The notes under the pieces: model-generated
Told to the model about the DNA's origin: nothing
The model's database searches: none
Seen by the model: only the letters and a program-made list of their open reading frames with translations
Source: Dehalococcoidia bacterium
GTDB lineage: Bacteria; Chloroflexota; Dehalococcoidia; UBA2979
DNA length: 64,000 nt
Reading direction: 5' to 3'
NCBI GenBank assembly: GCA_050250415.1
Contig: JBFWOO010000003.1
Coordinates: 67,491-131,490 of the forward strand
In this document: one piece after another, positions 41,006-52,026 of the stretch
Position numbering within the stretch: the first letter of the stretch is position 1
Layout of the letters: every line of letters starts with the position of its first letter
Made by a program: the position numbers and the translations under genes

Positions 41006-41797
41006 ATGCGACCGAACACCACCCTGCGGGCGTGGCGGGCCGGACAGAAGACGATCGGCGCGTGGCTGAGCGCGCCCAGCGCTCACACCACCGAGGTGAT
41101 GGCGCACGCCGGCTTTGACTGGCTCTGCGTCGACATGCAGCACGGGCTGATCGGCGACGCGGACGCGATGAACATGCTCCGCGCGATCTCGACCACGGAG
41201 ACGATCCCGTTCGTCCGGGTCCCCTGGAACGAGCCGTGGATCATCATGAAGGTGCTGGACGCCGGCGCGTACGGGGTCGTGGTGCCGCTGGTGAACAACC
41301 GCGAAGAGGCCGAGCGCGCGGTGTGGGCGGCGAAGTACCCGCCGGCGGGCGGCCGCTCGTCCGGCCCGGCGCGCGCCACGCTGTACGCCGGCTCCGACTA
41401 CCAGACCCACGCGAACGACGAGATCGCCGTCGTGGTGATGATCGAGACGCCCGAGGGCATCGCGAACCTCGACGAGATCCTCTCGGTGCCGGGCGTCGAC
41501 GCGGCGTACGTCGGCCCCTCGGACCTGGCGTACGCCCTCGGGATGCAGCCGACGGGCGACAACGCGGACCCGAAGCACCGGCAGGTCTGCCTCGACATCA
41601 TGGCGGCGTGCAAGCGCCACAACGTGGCGCCCGGCATGCACACCGGCTCGCTGGAGTACACGAAGATGTGGCTCGAGGCGGGCTTCCAGATGGTCACACT
41701 CGGCTCGGAGGTCGGCTTCATGCGTGCCAAGGCGGCGTCCGACCTCGCGGCCGCGCGCGGTGACACCGGCACCCCGAAGGTCGAGCCCGAGGCGTAG
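41006..41797 (+). CDS. HpcH/HpaI-family aldolase
   Basis: …LRAWRAGQKTIGAWLS…FDWLCVDMQHGL…IMKVLDAGAYGVVVPLVNN…VMIETPEG… HpcH/HpaI pattern. Confidence 0.8.
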   Translation: MRPNTTLRAWRAGQKTIGAWLSAPSAHTTEVMAHAGFDWLCVDMQHGLIGDADAMNMLRAISTTETIPFVRVPWNEPWIIMKVLDAGAYGVVVPLVNNREEAERAVWAAKYPPAGGRSSGPARATLYAGSDYQTHANDEIAVVVMIETPEGIANLDEILSVPGVDAAYVGPSDLAYALGMQPTGDNADPKHRQVCLDIMAACKRHNVAPGMHTGSLEYTKMWLEAGFQMVTLGSEVGFMRAKAASDLAAARGDTGTPKVEPEA

Positions 41798-41803
41798 CCG
41801 TCG

Positions 41804-42880
41804 ATGACGATCACCGTCCCGGCCGCCGAGCTCACGGCCTTCGTCCAGCGCATCTTCGAGGACGTCGGCAGTCCGCCGACGGAGGCCGCGCAGATCGCGG
41901 AGCACCTCGTCGGCTCCAACCTGCGCGGGCACGACTCGCACGGCGTCATCCGCACCTTCGGCTACGTGCAGCAGGTGCGGAACGGCGTGCTCAAGCCGGG
42001 CGCGCCGATGACCATCGAGCGGGAGACGGTCTCGACGGCGCTCGTGAGCGGCGGGTGGAACCTCGGCATGCCGGTCGCGATCGAGGCGATGGACCTCGCG
42101 ATCCGCAAGGCGAAGGAGACCGGTGTCGCCTTCGTCTCGATGCACGAGGTGGGGCACATCGGCCGCGTCGGCGCCTACGGCGACCAGGCGCAGCGCGAGG
42201 GGCTGATCGCGATGGGGGGCGTGAATTCGCCAGGCGGCCGCCTCGTCGCCGCCTTTGGTGGTTCGCACCGCCGCACCGGGACGAGCCCGCTCATGATCGC
42301 GATGCCGACCGGCGACCCGGACGAGCCGTTCATCCTCGACATGGCGACCTCCGTCGTCGCGGAGGGGAAGCTCAAGGTCGCCGTGAACGCGCAGAAGCCC
42401 GTCCCGGACGGGTGGATCCTCGACGGCGATGGGAACGCCTCGAACGACGCGCGCGACTTCTACGGCACCGGCGGCAACGAACGGCAGGGCACGCTGCTCC
42501 CCGTCGGCGGGCCGGACGGCGGCTACAAGGGGTTCGGGCTGAACCTCGCCGTGGAGACGCTTTCGGGCGTCCTCTCCGGCGCCGGCACCTCGATCGAGGG
42601 GGTGCGTGGCACCAACGGCGTGTGGTTCATGGCCCTCGACCCGTCGCGCTTCCTGCCGCTGGAGGCGTTCACGGGCGGCCTCGACGACCTCCTCGCGTTC
42701 GCGAAGGAGCCCCCGCTCGCCCCCGGCTTCGGCGAGATCCTCGTGGCCGGCGAGCCGGAGCGCCGGCGCATGGCCCAGCGCCTCGCGCAGGGCATCGAGC
42801 TCGACGACGAGACCTGGCGGCAGATCAACGCCGCCGCCGAGGAGACCGGCACGGCCGCGCCGGAGATGGGCTGGAGCTAG
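41804..42880 (+). CDS. Ldh_2-family (malate/L-lactate dehydrogenase type 2) oxidoreductase
   Basis: …LRGHDSHGV…, …GHIGRVGAYGD…, …GGYKGFGL… are Ldh_2 motifs. Confidence 0.85.
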   Translation: MTITVPAAELTAFVQRIFEDVGSPPTEAAQIAEHLVGSNLRGHDSHGVIRTFGYVQQVRNGVLKPGAPMTIERETVSTALVSGGWNLGMPVAIEAMDLAIRKAKETGVAFVSMHEVGHIGRVGAYGDQAQREGLIAMGGVNSPGGRLVAAFGGSHRRTGTSPLMIAMPTGDPDEPFILDMATSVVAEGKLKVAVNAQKPVPDGWILDGDGNASNDARDFYGTGGNERQGTLLPVGGPDGGYKGFGLNLAVETLSGVLSGAGTSIEGVRGTNGVWFMALDPSRFLPLEAFTGGLDDLLAFAKEPPLAPGFGEILVAGEPERRRMAQRLAQGIELDDETWRQINAAAEETGTAAPEMGWS

Positions 42881-42884
42881 CTAG

Positions 42885-43550
42885 CTACTCGCCGTCCTCG
42901 GCTGGAGTCTCGGTCGGAGCTGCATCGGCGCCGCAGTCCATCGGCATCGAGGCGCCCAACTCGCCGGCGGTCTCCGCGTCGATCACGGACGAGGAGATCG
43001 CGAAGGTGATTTCGCAGGCGTGCCACTGGATCTGGATGGCGTCCGTGTCCGCGAACGGCATCACCAGCGCCTCGCCGCCGTCACCGACGTCGACGGTCTC
43101 GAGGTCGAGCGCGCTGAGGTCCGGCATCGGCTGCATTTGCTCGGTGAGCTGGATCGTGTCGTCCTCGGTCGCGCCCTGGTAGACGAGGACGAGCGTGGCG
43201 CCCTCGTCGTTCTTCCCGCGTCCGCGCGGGGAGGGGACGATCGTGGCGGAGACCAGCTCGCGGTCGCCGGGCACCATCGTCGGCAGCACCGGGTCGAAGG
43301 CGAGGACCGCGAGGTACTGCGCCGCGTCGCCGTCGAAGGGGCGGGTGAGGGCGGCGTAGGCGAAGAGGCGCGCCTCCGGTGGCAGGTCCTCGATGCGGGT
43401 GGGGCCGCCGTCCTCGGTGGTACCCGTGCCCTGCGGCTCGGCGTCGGAGCCGTCGTCGTCTGAGTCTCCGCCGCAGCCCACCGCGACCAGGCCGACGGCC
43501 AGGCCGAGGATAGACAGCAGCGCGAACCGGGGCAGTCGCCCAAGCGTCAT
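42885..43550 (-). CDS. Hypothetical lipoprotein
   Basis: Signal peptide plus lipobox (LVAVGCGG) and an acidic low-complexity linker. Confidence 0.6.
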   Translation of the reverse strand: MTLGRLPRFALLSILGLAVGLVAVGCGGDSDDDGSDAEPQGTGTTEDGGPTRIEDLPPEARLFAYAALTRPFDGDAAQYLAVLAFDPVLPTMVPGDRELVSATIVPSPRGRGKNDEGATLVLVYQGATEDDTIQLTEQMQPMPDLSALDLETVDVGDGGEALVMPFADTDAIQIQWHACEITFAISSSVIDAETAGELGASMPMDCGADAAPTETPAEDGE

Positions 43551-43623
43551 GTGAGTTCCCTCCTTCAGGCGGAACGAGCGCGGCCCTCCGTGCGTTCGGA
43601 GCGCCCGCGCGGTGTGGCGTCGG

Positions 43624-44613
43624 TCAGCGGTCGCGGACGGCGCGCTCCGACGGCTCCCCGCGCAGCCAGCGGGCGACCTCCTCGAGGAAGATCGCGTCGA
43701 TGCGCGGCCACGCGCCGGCGGACCGCGCGGAGTCGTGCGGGCTGAGGATCACGTTCGGCAGGTCCCAGAGCGGCGAGTCCGCGGGGAGCGGTTCCGGGTC
43801 GGTGACGTCGAGGTAGGCGCCCGCGATTCGTCCGGAGGCGAGCCGTTCGATCAGCGCGCCCTGGTCGACGATCTCGCCGCGCGAGACGTTGATAAAGACC
43901 GCGCCGGCCGGGAGCAGGTCGAGCGCGGCAGCGTCGAGCAGCCCTCGGGTCTCCCCGGTCAGCGGAATCGTGCTCACGAGGATGCCGGTGCGCGGCAGCA
44001 CCTCGGCGAGGCGGCCGGGTGGCAGCCACTCGTCCACGCCGTCCTCGGGGCCGGCGGGCGAGCGGCGCACGCCGACGACGTGGATGCCGAACGTGCGCGC
44101 GTATCGTGCGACGAAGCCGCCGATCGCGCCGAGACCGAGGATCACCATCGTCTGCTCGCCGAGGACGGGCGGCTGCTGGTCCGGCGGCAGCTCGCGCGGC
44201 GTCTGCTCCCAGGCGTGGCGGCGCTGCGCCTCCAGCCAGGCGGGGATGCCTCGGTTGAGCGCGAGCAGCCCGGCGATCGCGCTCTGCGCGATCGGCTCGG
44301 CGGCGAGGCCGGCGGAGTTCGTCACGGTGACCCCGCGGTCCATGAGCTCCTGGAAGATCGGGTCGTCGGCGCCGGAGTGGCCCATGTGCAGCCAGCGCAG
44401 GTTCGGCGCGCGTCGCGCCGCGCCGAGGATCCGCCGCGAGGCGACCGGCCCGGATGCGACGTTGAAGAACGCCGCCTCGAGCCGTTCCATCACGTCCGGC
44501 GGGAGAACGGCGCCGTCTCCCTCGGGCGAGGCGATGACCTCGAGGCCATCGAAGGCGGCGAGCTGGTCGTGGAGGCGGGCGGCGATGTCGGCAGGGACGA
44601 GGATCGTGGGCAT
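43624..44613 (-). CDS. D-2-hydroxyacid dehydrogenase (NAD-binding) family
   Basis: GLGAIGGFVARYA Rossmann motif and …SRGEIVD…SPHDSA… catalytic motifs. Confidence 0.85.
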   Translation of the reverse strand: MPTILVPADIAARLHDQLAAFDGLEVIASPEGDGAVLPPDVMERLEAAFFNVASGPVASRRILGAARRAPNLRWLHMGHSGADDPIFQELMDRGVTVTNSAGLAAEPIAQSAIAGLLALNRGIPAWLEAQRRHAWEQTPRELPPDQQPPVLGEQTMVILGLGAIGGFVARYARTFGIHVVGVRRSPAGPEDGVDEWLPPGRLAEVLPRTGILVSTIPLTGETRGLLDAAALDLLPAGAVFINVSRGEIVDQGALIERLASGRIAGAYLDVTDPEPLPADSPLWDLPNVILSPHDSARSAGAWPRIDAIFLEEVARWLRGEPSERAVRDR

Positions 44614-44669
44614 CGTCCGAGGATACCGGGCGTCGTGTCCGCGGCGCCCGGCGGCGGTATCGTGCCGCC

Positions 44670-45116
44670 ATGGCGCGAGCGACCACGCGGGATCAGGGCA
44701 ACTTCTTCGAGCCGACCTCCTGGCAGGAGATGGTGTCGGCGTGCGCGCAGACGGCGCTCGACCTCGGACTCGACGTGGAGACCGAGGTGTACGTGGGGCG
44801 CCGGATCTGGGGCGCGCGACGTCGCATCGACCTCGTCGTGACCGACCTCGGGGAGCGGCGTTCGCTCGGGATCGAGGTGAAGTACCAGTCCTCGCGCGGA
44901 TCGGCGGAGGAGAAGATCCCGAGCACGATCGACGACATCGCCGCGTGGCCGATCCCCGGGATCGTGGTCTTCCACGGCCCCGGCTTCAGCGGTCACATGC
45001 GGTCGTTCCTGAGCGCGTCCGGGAAGGCCGTCGAGCTGAGCGAGCTGGAGACGTGGCTGCGGCTCTACTTCGTGATCCCCGTGCGTCGCTCCGGGTTCGC
45101 GGAGGCCGAGGGCTAG
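44670..45116 (+). CDS. Small PD-(D/E)xK nuclease-fold protein (candidate restriction endonuclease)
   Basis: 148 aa. …RRIDLVVTDLGERRSLGIEVKYQ… fits the D…(D/E)xK catalytic core. Strong GC3 bias. It converges on a Dam-class methyltransferase gene with a 11-bp gap. Confidence 0.5.
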   Translation: MARATTRDQGNFFEPTSWQEMVSACAQTALDLGLDVETEVYVGRRIWGARRRIDLVVTDLGERRSLGIEVKYQSSRGSAEEKIPSTIDDIAAWPIPGIVVFHGPGFSGHMRSFLSASGKAVELSELETWLRLYFVIPVRRSGFAEAEG

Positions 45117-45127
45117 CGTCGGAACGG

Positions 45128-46036
45128 CTACTTCGCGCGGGCGGACTCGAGGGCGCGGCGCTCTTCCTCGGGCGGGTAGTTCATCGCGATCAGCTCGTCG
45201 ATCGCGCCGCGGCGGTCGCCGCGCGAGTTGATCGCGCGGCGGGCGAGTGTTGTCTCGAGGCGGTAGCGGGTGCCGCGGCGGCCGAGCGTGCCGCGGTCGG
45301 CGGAGTAGAGGCCGAGGATGTAGTCCTGCGCGGAGTTCGAGAGCATCACGCGGACGCCCCGCTCCGTGAGGTCATCGATCGCCCATTTGAGGCGCTGTTG
45401 CTCGTCGCGGTCGAAGGCGCCCTGCGTGTAGCCGGTGAACGACGAGGTCTTCGAGAGCGGCTCGAACGGTGGGTCGAGGTAGACGAAGTCGCCGGCCTGA
45501 GGCGCGCGGAGCGCCTCGGCGAAGTCGGCGCACGTGAGTTCCACCTCGCGGAGGGCGTCAGAGGCATCGCGCAGGCCCTGCGGGTCGAGGATGCGTGGCG
45601 AGCGGTACTTGCCGTGGGGGACGTTGAACTCGCCGCGGCGGTTCACCCGGTAGAGCCCGTTGAAGCAGGTCTTGTTCAGGAAGATGAACCGCGCGGCGAG
45701 GTCCACGCGGCCGCCCGGCTGGCGGCTGCGCTCCGCGTAGTAGAACTCCGACCGCTGCTCCTCGCCCGCCTCGAGGTACGCCTCGGAGAGCGCGCCGAGC
45801 GCTTCGATCAGCGCAGCGACGTCATCACGGACAACCTCGTACACGGTGACGAGGTGGCGGTTGAGGTCGTTGAGGACGGCGCGCTTCGGGGCCAGCTCGG
45901 GGTTCGCGAGGAGCCCGAAGAACATCGCGCCGCCGCCGAGGAAGGTCTCGTAGTAGGTGCCGATCTCGCGCGGCGCGCGGGCGATCAACGGCTCCAGGAT
46001 CTGGGACTTGCCGCCGGCCCACTTCAGGAACGGCCG
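45128..46036 (-). CDS. Dam-family (D12 class) N6-adenine DNA methyltransferase; 5' end and start codon unresolved
   Basis: …FVYLDPPFEP (the DPPY-type motif IV), …FFLNKTCFNGLYRVNRRGEFNVP…, and upstream in the same frame RPFLKWAGGKSQILEPLIARAPREIGTYYETFLGGGAMFFGL (motifs X and I). The six-frame ORF begins only at TTG 45988, but the FLKWAGGK motif lies in-frame further upstream with no ATG/GTG/TTG before the TGA at about 46187. Confidence 0.8.
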   Translation of the reverse strand, partial: RPFLKWAGGKSQILEPLIARAPREIGTYYETFLGGGAMFFGLLANPELAPKRAVLNDLNRHLVTVYEVVRDDVAALIEALGALSEAYLEAGEEQRSEFYYAERSRQPGGRVDLAARFIFLNKTCFNGLYRVNRRGEFNVPHGKYRSPRILDPQGLRDASDALREVELTCADFAEALRAPQAGDFVYLDPPFEPLSKTSSFTGYTQGAFDRDEQQRLKWAIDDLTERGVRVMLSNSAQDYILGLYSADRGTLGRRGTRYRLETTLARRAINSRGDRRGAIDELIAMNYPPEEERRALESARAK

Positions 46037-46416
46037 AGCGGACGCCGCGCGGCCCCCGGCGCCGTCCTCGACGCCTGCGCCAGCTCCCGGGCGCTCGGGG
46101 CGCTCGGGCTCGTCGGACGCCTGGGCGGCGTGAGCGGTGGCAGGCCGGGCAGCGATGGTGGCGCGCTCCGAGTCCGTTGGGCGTGGTCATCGAGTGGGTC
46201 GAGGGGAGTGCGCCGATTCTACCGGGCGGGATCCTTCACCGCGAACCGTGCGGCGGCAGCCTCGGGGCGCGGGAGGCGGGCCTGACCACGAAACATGGAA
46301 GTAACACAGGCGACACTCCGACGACATTGAGCGCAGACATTCTCGCCACGCGGACGAAATGCAGCGCGATCGACGCGCGCGCACACCGGGAGGCCGTCCG
46401 CGAGGGAGGAGTCGGG

Positions 46417-47634
46417 ATGGATAGCGGACACACCGCGTGGCTGTTGATGAGCTGCGCCCTGGTGCTGTTCATGACGCCGGGGCTGGCGTTCTTCTACGGC
46501 GGCATGGTCCGCGCGAGGAACGTGCTGGCGATGCTCATGAAGAACTACGTCGCGATGGGCGTGGTCACGGTGCTGTGGGTGCTCGTCGGCGCCTCGCTCG
46601 CGTTCAGCGGCAACACGATGCTGGGCGACTACAGCGTCATCGGGAACTTCGACCTCTGGGGCCTGCGCGACCTGGGGCTGAGCAACGACCACTTCGGTCT
46701 GCCCTACCCGGACAACGTCCAGATGATGTTCCAGCTCACGTTCGCCATCATTACCCCGGCGCTGATCTCGGGCGCGATCGCTGAGCGCATGAAGTTCACC
46801 GCGTGGGCGGTGTTCGTCGCGATCTGGTCGCTGCTGGTCTACGTCCCGGTGGCGCACTGGGTCTGGGGCGGCGGGTTCGTGGGCGCCGACATCGAGGCGC
46901 TCGACTTCGCGGGCGGGCTGGTGGTGCATGTGAACGCGGGCGCCGCGGCGCTGGCGCTGATCATGGTGCTGGGCCCCCGCGTCGGTTTCCGCAAAGAGAT
47001 CATCCGGCCGCACTCGCTGCCGCTGACCGTCCTCGGCGCGGGCATCCTCTGGTTCGGCTGGTTCGGGTTCAACGGCGGCTCGGCGTTCGCGGCGGACGCT
47101 GCGGCGGGCAACGCCTTCCTCACCACGCAGGTCGCCGCGGCCACAGCCGCGACGGCGTGGATCATCGCGGAGGGCTTCACGCACGGGAAGCCGACGACGC
47201 TGGGGTTCGTCTCCGGCGCGGTCGCCGGCCTCGTGGCGATCACCCCGGCCGCCGGCTTCGTCGGGCCGCTGGGCGCGATGCTGCTGGGGCTGGTCGCCGG
47301 CGTGGTCTGCTTCTACGCGCTGCGGCTGAAGTTCATGTTCAACTTCGACGACTCGCTGGACGTGGTGGCGGTCCACCTCGTCGGCGGGATCATCGGCTCG
47401 CTGCTGCTCGGCATCCTGGCAGAGGAGGCCTACGGTGGCGTGGCGGGTAGCGTGGAGCAGTTCGGGCGGCAGGCGCTGAGCGTCGTGATCGCCCTGGTCT
47501 ACTCGTTCGTCGTGACCTTCGTCATCGCGAAGGCGCTGGACGCCGTCATGGGCATCCGCGCCTCCGAGGAGGACGAGCGCAGGGGTCTCGACCTGGCGCT
47601 CCACGAGGAGCAGTCCTACGTGATCGTGGAGTAG
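46417..47634 (+). CDS. amt: Ammonium transporter
   Basis: MDSGHTAWLLMSCALVLFMTPGLAFFYGGMVR… Amt/MEP signature and 11 TM helices. ATG at 46417 with GGGAGGA upstream. Confidence 0.9.
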   Translation: MDSGHTAWLLMSCALVLFMTPGLAFFYGGMVRARNVLAMLMKNYVAMGVVTVLWVLVGASLAFSGNTMLGDYSVIGNFDLWGLRDLGLSNDHFGLPYPDNVQMMFQLTFAIITPALISGAIAERMKFTAWAVFVAIWSLLVYVPVAHWVWGGGFVGADIEALDFAGGLVVHVNAGAAALALIMVLGPRVGFRKEIIRPHSLPLTVLGAGILWFGWFGFNGGSAFAADAAAGNAFLTTQVAAATAATAWIIAEGFTHGKPTTLGFVSGAVAGLVAITPAAGFVGPLGAMLLGLVAGVVCFYALRLKFMFNFDDSLDVVAVHLVGGIIGSLLLGILAEEAYGGVAGSVEQFGRQALSVVIALVYSFVVTFVIAKALDAVMGIRASEEDERRGLDLALHEEQSYVIVE

Positions 47635-47982
<348 letters not shown>

Positions 47983-48009
47983 GGTCGTGACCGGACGGAA
48001 GGGCCCGAG

Positions 48010-50367
48010 GTGAGCGTCCCCGCGCCACTGGCTCGATTCCTGGAGGCGCGCTCGGCGGTAGCCGGGCGCGCCTCTCTCACGTCCCCGGGCCATGCGGGGG
48101 AGCCGCGCGGGGCGGCGGTCAGCGCCTACCTGGCGGAGCGCCTCGACGCTGCCATCGTCGACCTCGCGGCCGGGCTGGATCACGTCACGTTCGTCGCCGT
48201 CGGCGGCTACGGGCGAGGCGAGCTGGCGCGGCACTCGGATGTCGACCTCATGGTCCTGGTGGCGGAGGGCGCCCCGAAGGAGGCCGGCGAGCGCGCGGTG
48301 CGCGCGCTCTACCCGCTGTGGGATGCCTCGCTGAAGGTGGGGCACTCGGTCCGCAGCGTGGCCGACGTGCTGGAGGCGGCGAAGGCGAACGTCGAGTCGT
48401 ACACCGCGATCCTCGACGCGCGCCCGCTCGCCGGCGACCTCGACCTGTACGCGGCATTCCTGGAGGCGCGGCGGAAGCTCGTGCGTAGCACCCGGCCGTG
48501 GCTGCGGGCCCAGCTCGCGGCGCTGCGCGAGGCGCGGCTGAGCGCGGAGCCCTGGCAGCTGCTGGCGGTGGACGTGAAGACGAGCCGCGGGGGGCTGCGG
48601 GGCCTGCACACCCTCCACTGGCTCGCGGCGGCGGACGCGATCGCCGACGCGGGCGAGGAGCCGCCGCGAGCGCCGGAACTCGTCGAGGCGCACGAGACGC
48701 TGACGCTCACTCGCCACGCGGTCCACGCCCTGGTCGACCGCCCCAATGACGTCTACCGCCCCGAGTACGCGAACGAGGTAGGCGCGTGGCTCGGCGTCGA
48801 CGCGTTCGAGTGGGGGTGGCGGCTCTATCGCCAGATGCGCGTCGTCGACGCCGCCGTCGCCGCTGCGTTCGCCGGGGAGGAGCCACCGCGGTCGCGCTGG
48901 TGGCGCCGGCCGGCGCGGACGGAGCGCCCGCGGTCGGAGCCGGACGACCGGAGCAATGTCGCCGCGCTGCAGCGGTCGCTCGAGACGATCGAAGCAGGCG
49001 GCCTCCTCGAGCCGCTGGGTGAGCCGGCCTGGCTCGCGTCGCTGCTCCCGGAGTGGGAGGCGCTGCGCGCGCGCCCGCACATCGCGCCGTTCCACATCCA
49101 TCCGGTCGATGTGCACGCGGCGCGGACGGTCGCGGAGGCGCGTCACGTCATGGACGAGGACGAGTTCCGCGCCGGCACCCCGGAGGTGGGGCGCGCATTC
49201 GGCAAGCCCGAGGAGGTGCTCCTCGCGGCGCTGCTGCATGACATCGGCAAGGGGCACGCCGGGGTGGAGCATCCCGCCGCGGGGGCGGTGATCGCGGAGC
49301 GCTTCGCGGCCCGCGCCGGGCTCGGCGCCGCGGCGGCACAGCGGCTCGTCGCGGCGGTGCGCCACCACTTGCTGCTGCCTGCCGTCGCTACCCGGCGCGA
49401 CATCGCGGATCCGCAGGTGATCCGAGAGACTGCCGAGGTCGTGGGCGACCTCGACACGCTGCGGCTGCTCTATCTGCTGTCGGTCGCGGATGCGCGGGCG
49501 AGCGGGCCGAACGTGTGGAATCAGTGGAAGGCGCAGCTGATGCGCGCGCTCTTCGACCGCGTCAGCGCCGTCCTCGAGGAGCGTCCGGGCGCGCCGAGCT
49601 TCGATGCGGTGGCGGAAGCGCTCGCCGGCCGGTTCCCGCCGGATGTCGTGCGGGCGCACCTCGCCGGCCTCGATGCGACCTATCTGCTCTCGACGCCGCC
49701 GGAGACGGTGGGCGACCAGATCGCGCTGATCGAGGAGGCCGCGGCCGCCGAGGGGCGGTCCGCGGCCCGGCGCGAGACGCTGGGGGAGATCGACCGCGTG
49801 ACGCTGGTCTCGCCGGACCGGCCGGGGCTCCTCCAGGACATCGCCGGGACGCTCGCCGGGTTCAACGCGAGCATGCTCGGCGGCGTGGCGTACACGCGCG
49901 CCGATGGCGTCGCGATCCAGGTGTGGCACGTGGGGGACGCCCTCAACCGCGACGGGCACGCGGGGGGCGGGATCGACGACCGGCGCTGGGCGCGCATCCT
50001 CGATGCGCTGCCGCGGGCCGCGTGCGGGCAGTTCGACATCGAGGAGCGGCTGGCCGAGGTGCGGCGGAGCTATCCGCAGCCACCGCGCCGCGCCGACATC
50101 GGGACGAAGGTGTCGGTCGACAACGCGGCCTCCCGGGAATACTCGGTGCTGGAGGTCTCGGCGCCGGACCGTCGGGGGCTGCTCTACGCCGTGACCAAGG
50201 CGCTCCACGACCTGCGGATCGACATCCACCTGGCGAAGGTGGACACGATCGGGCCCGAGGTCTTCGACGCGTTCTACATCCGCCGCGAGAGTGGCTCACG
50301 CGTCGAGGAGCCTGACGAGATCGCTCGCCTCGTCGCGCGGATCGAGGCGGTCCTCGCGGAGCTGTAA
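48010..50367 (+). CDS. glnD: [Protein-PII] uridylyltransferase/uridylyl-removing enzyme
   Basis: Nucleotidyltransferase N-domain ([16 protein letters not shown]), HD domain (LLHDIGKG), and two C-terminal ACT-like domains. It follows amt-glnK. Confidence 0.9.
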   Translation: MSVPAPLARFLEARSAVAGRASLTSPGHAGEPRGAAVSAYLAERLDAAIVDLAAGLDHVTFVAVGGYGRGELARHSDVDLMVLVAEGAPKEAGERAVRALYPLWDASLKVGHSVRSVADVLEAAKANVESYTAILDARPLAGDLDLYAAFLEARRKLVRSTRPWLRAQLAALREARLSAEPWQLLAVDVKTSRGGLRGLHTLHWLAAADAIADAGEEPPRAPELVEAHETLTLTRHAVHALVDRPNDVYRPEYANEVGAWLGVDAFEWGWRLYRQMRVVDAAVAAAFAGEEPPRSRWWRRPARTERPRSEPDDRSNVAALQRSLETIEAGGLLEPLGEPAWLASLLPEWEALRARPHIAPFHIHPVDVHAARTVAEARHVMDEDEFRAGTPEVGRAFGKPEEVLLAALLHDIGKGHAGVEHPAAGAVIAERFAARAGLGAAAAQRLVAAVRHHLLLPAVATRRDIADPQVIRETAEVVGDLDTLRLLYLLSVADARASGPNVWNQWKAQLMRALFDRVSAVLEERPGAPSFDAVAEALAGRFPPDVVRAHLAGLDATYLLSTPPETVGDQIALIEEAAAAEGRSAARRETLGEIDRVTLVSPDRPGLLQDIAGTLAGFNASMLGGVAYTRADGVAIQVWHVGDALNRDGHAGGGIDDRRWARILDALPRAACGQFDIEERLAEVRRSYPQPPRRADIGTKVSVDNAASREYSVLEVSAPDRRGLLYAVTKALHDLRIDIHLAKVDTIGPEVFDAFYIRRESGSRVEEPDEIARLVARIEAVLAEL

Positions 50368-50551
50368 GGGGTGCGACCGGGGCTCGCACGCCGAGGTGTG
50401 CGCGCTGTCGCGCGGACGTAGCTCTGATAGGATTCCGGGAGCCTCGCGGGAGGACGGATCGCGGCCTCGATGCCCTCCGTCGACGCGAGCGGAAACCGGC
50501 CCGAAACGCGCGCACGATCGCGCGATCGAGACCACGATCGGGGGACTCAGC

Positions 50552-51817
50552 ATGCCCGAGAAGAAGGACCTGTACGAACTCGGCGAGACGCCGCCGCTCG
50601 GCCACGTGCCGAAGCAGATGTACGCGTCGCTCATCCGCCAGGAGCGCTTCGGCCAGCCGAAGGACGCGTTCAAGACCGAGGTCATCGACGTACCCGAGAT
50701 CGGCCCCAAGGAGGTGCTGGTCTGGGTGATGGCCGCGGGGGTGAACTACAACAACGTGTGGGCCGCCCTCGGCACGCCGGTGAACGTCATCGCCGCGCGG
50801 CAGAAGGCCGGCCAGACCGAGGACTTCCACATCGGCGGCTCTGACGCCTCCGGCATCGTGTGGGCGAAGGGTTCCGAGGTCACCAACGTCGACATCGGCG
50901 ACGAGGTCGTGCTGTCCTGCGGCATGTGGGACGACAACGCGGCCGACATCCAGGCCGGCGCCGACCCGATCACCTCCAGCTCCAACAAGATCTGGGGCTA
51001 CGAGGAGAACTGGGGCTCCTTCGCCCAGTTCTGCAAGGTCCAGTACCACCAGTGCTTCCCGAAGCCGAAGCAGCTGACGTGGGAGGCCGCGAGCGCCTAC
51101 ATGCTTGTCGGCGCCACCGCCTACCGCATGCTCATGGGCTGGGAGCCGAACGTCGTCCACGAGGGCGATCCGGTGCTCGTCTGGGGCGCCACCGGCGGCC
51201 TGGGCGTGATGGCGACGCAGATCGTGAAGGCGAAGGGTGGCATCCCGATCGCCGTCGTCTCGGACGAGTCGAAGTTCGAGATGTGCTACGAGCTGGGCGC
51301 GAAGGGCGTCATCAACCGCAAGGACCCGGCGTTCACCCACTGGGGCCGGCTGCCGGACCTGGACGACCAGGCCGCCTTCGGTGAGTGGATGAAGGGCGCC
51401 CGCGCGTTCGGCGCGAAGTTCTGGGAGGTCCTTGGCGAGCGGCGGAGCCCGAAGATCGTCTTCGAGCATCCCGGCGAGTCGACGGTGCCGACCTCGGTCT
51501 TCCTGGCTGACAACGCCGGGATGGTCGTGATCTGCGCGGGCACGTCCGGCTACAACGCGGACGTGGATCTGCGCTACCTGTGGATGCGCCAGAAGCGCCT
51601 GCAAGGCTCGCACTTCGCGAACACCGAGCAGTGCGCGGCTCTGAATGACATGGTCGCGTCCGGCGAGGTGGACCCGGTGCTCTCTCGCGTGTTCCCGTTC
51701 GAGGGCGGCGTGGGCGACTGCCACCAGCTGATGTACGAGAACCGCCACCCGGCCGGGAACATGGCGATCCTCGTGAACGCGACGAAGGAAGGCGAGAAGA
51801 CCCTCAAGGTCGAGTAG
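50552..51817 (+). CDS. ccr: Crotonyl-CoA carboxylase/reductase family enoyl reductase
   Basis: …[14 protein letters not shown]…[38 protein letters not shown]… and …[23 protein letters not shown]… are characteristic of the Ccr/MDR family. Confidence 0.85.
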   Translation: MPEKKDLYELGETPPLGHVPKQMYASLIRQERFGQPKDAFKTEVIDVPEIGPKEVLVWVMAAGVNYNNVWAALGTPVNVIAARQKAGQTEDFHIGGSDASGIVWAKGSEVTNVDIGDEVVLSCGMWDDNAADIQAGADPITSSSNKIWGYEENWGSFAQFCKVQYHQCFPKPKQLTWEAASAYMLVGATAYRMLMGWEPNVVHEGDPVLVWGATGGLGVMATQIVKAKGGIPIAVVSDESKFEMCYELGAKGVINRKDPAFTHWGRLPDLDDQAAFGEWMKGARAFGAKFWEVLGERRSPKIVFEHPGESTVPTSVFLADNAGMVVICAGTSGYNADVDLRYLWMRQKRLQGSHFANTEQCAALNDMVASGEVDPVLSRVFPFEGGVGDCHQLMYENRHPAGNMAILVNATKEGEKTLKVE

Positions 51818-52026
51818 CCTCCGCCGGAGCAACTCCCACCGAGGGCGTCCCGCAGGGGGCGCCCTCGATGCTTCTCAGCTGTCGGTGAGCGCTCCGGCGT
51901 GGCACGACCATTGCAGACCTCCCCGCGCACACGACGCTGCAACGGACGAGGGCACACCGTTCACCACGCGTCCACGGGCGATGCGCTCTCCTCCGGAGGC
52001 GCGGGGCGGATCCGAGGAGGTCGCGC

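Noticed and set aside
45825-46190. 121-aa minus-strand ORF starting at ATG 46190
   Set aside because: It is in the +1 frame relative to the Dam methyltransferase and translates to Arg-rich junk. It is kept only as evidence for a possible frameshift at the methyltransferase 5' end.
50368-50551. Hairpin after glnD as a terminator
   Set aside because: The stem GTGCGA-ccggggc-TCGCAC is short and there is no U-tract. Not called.
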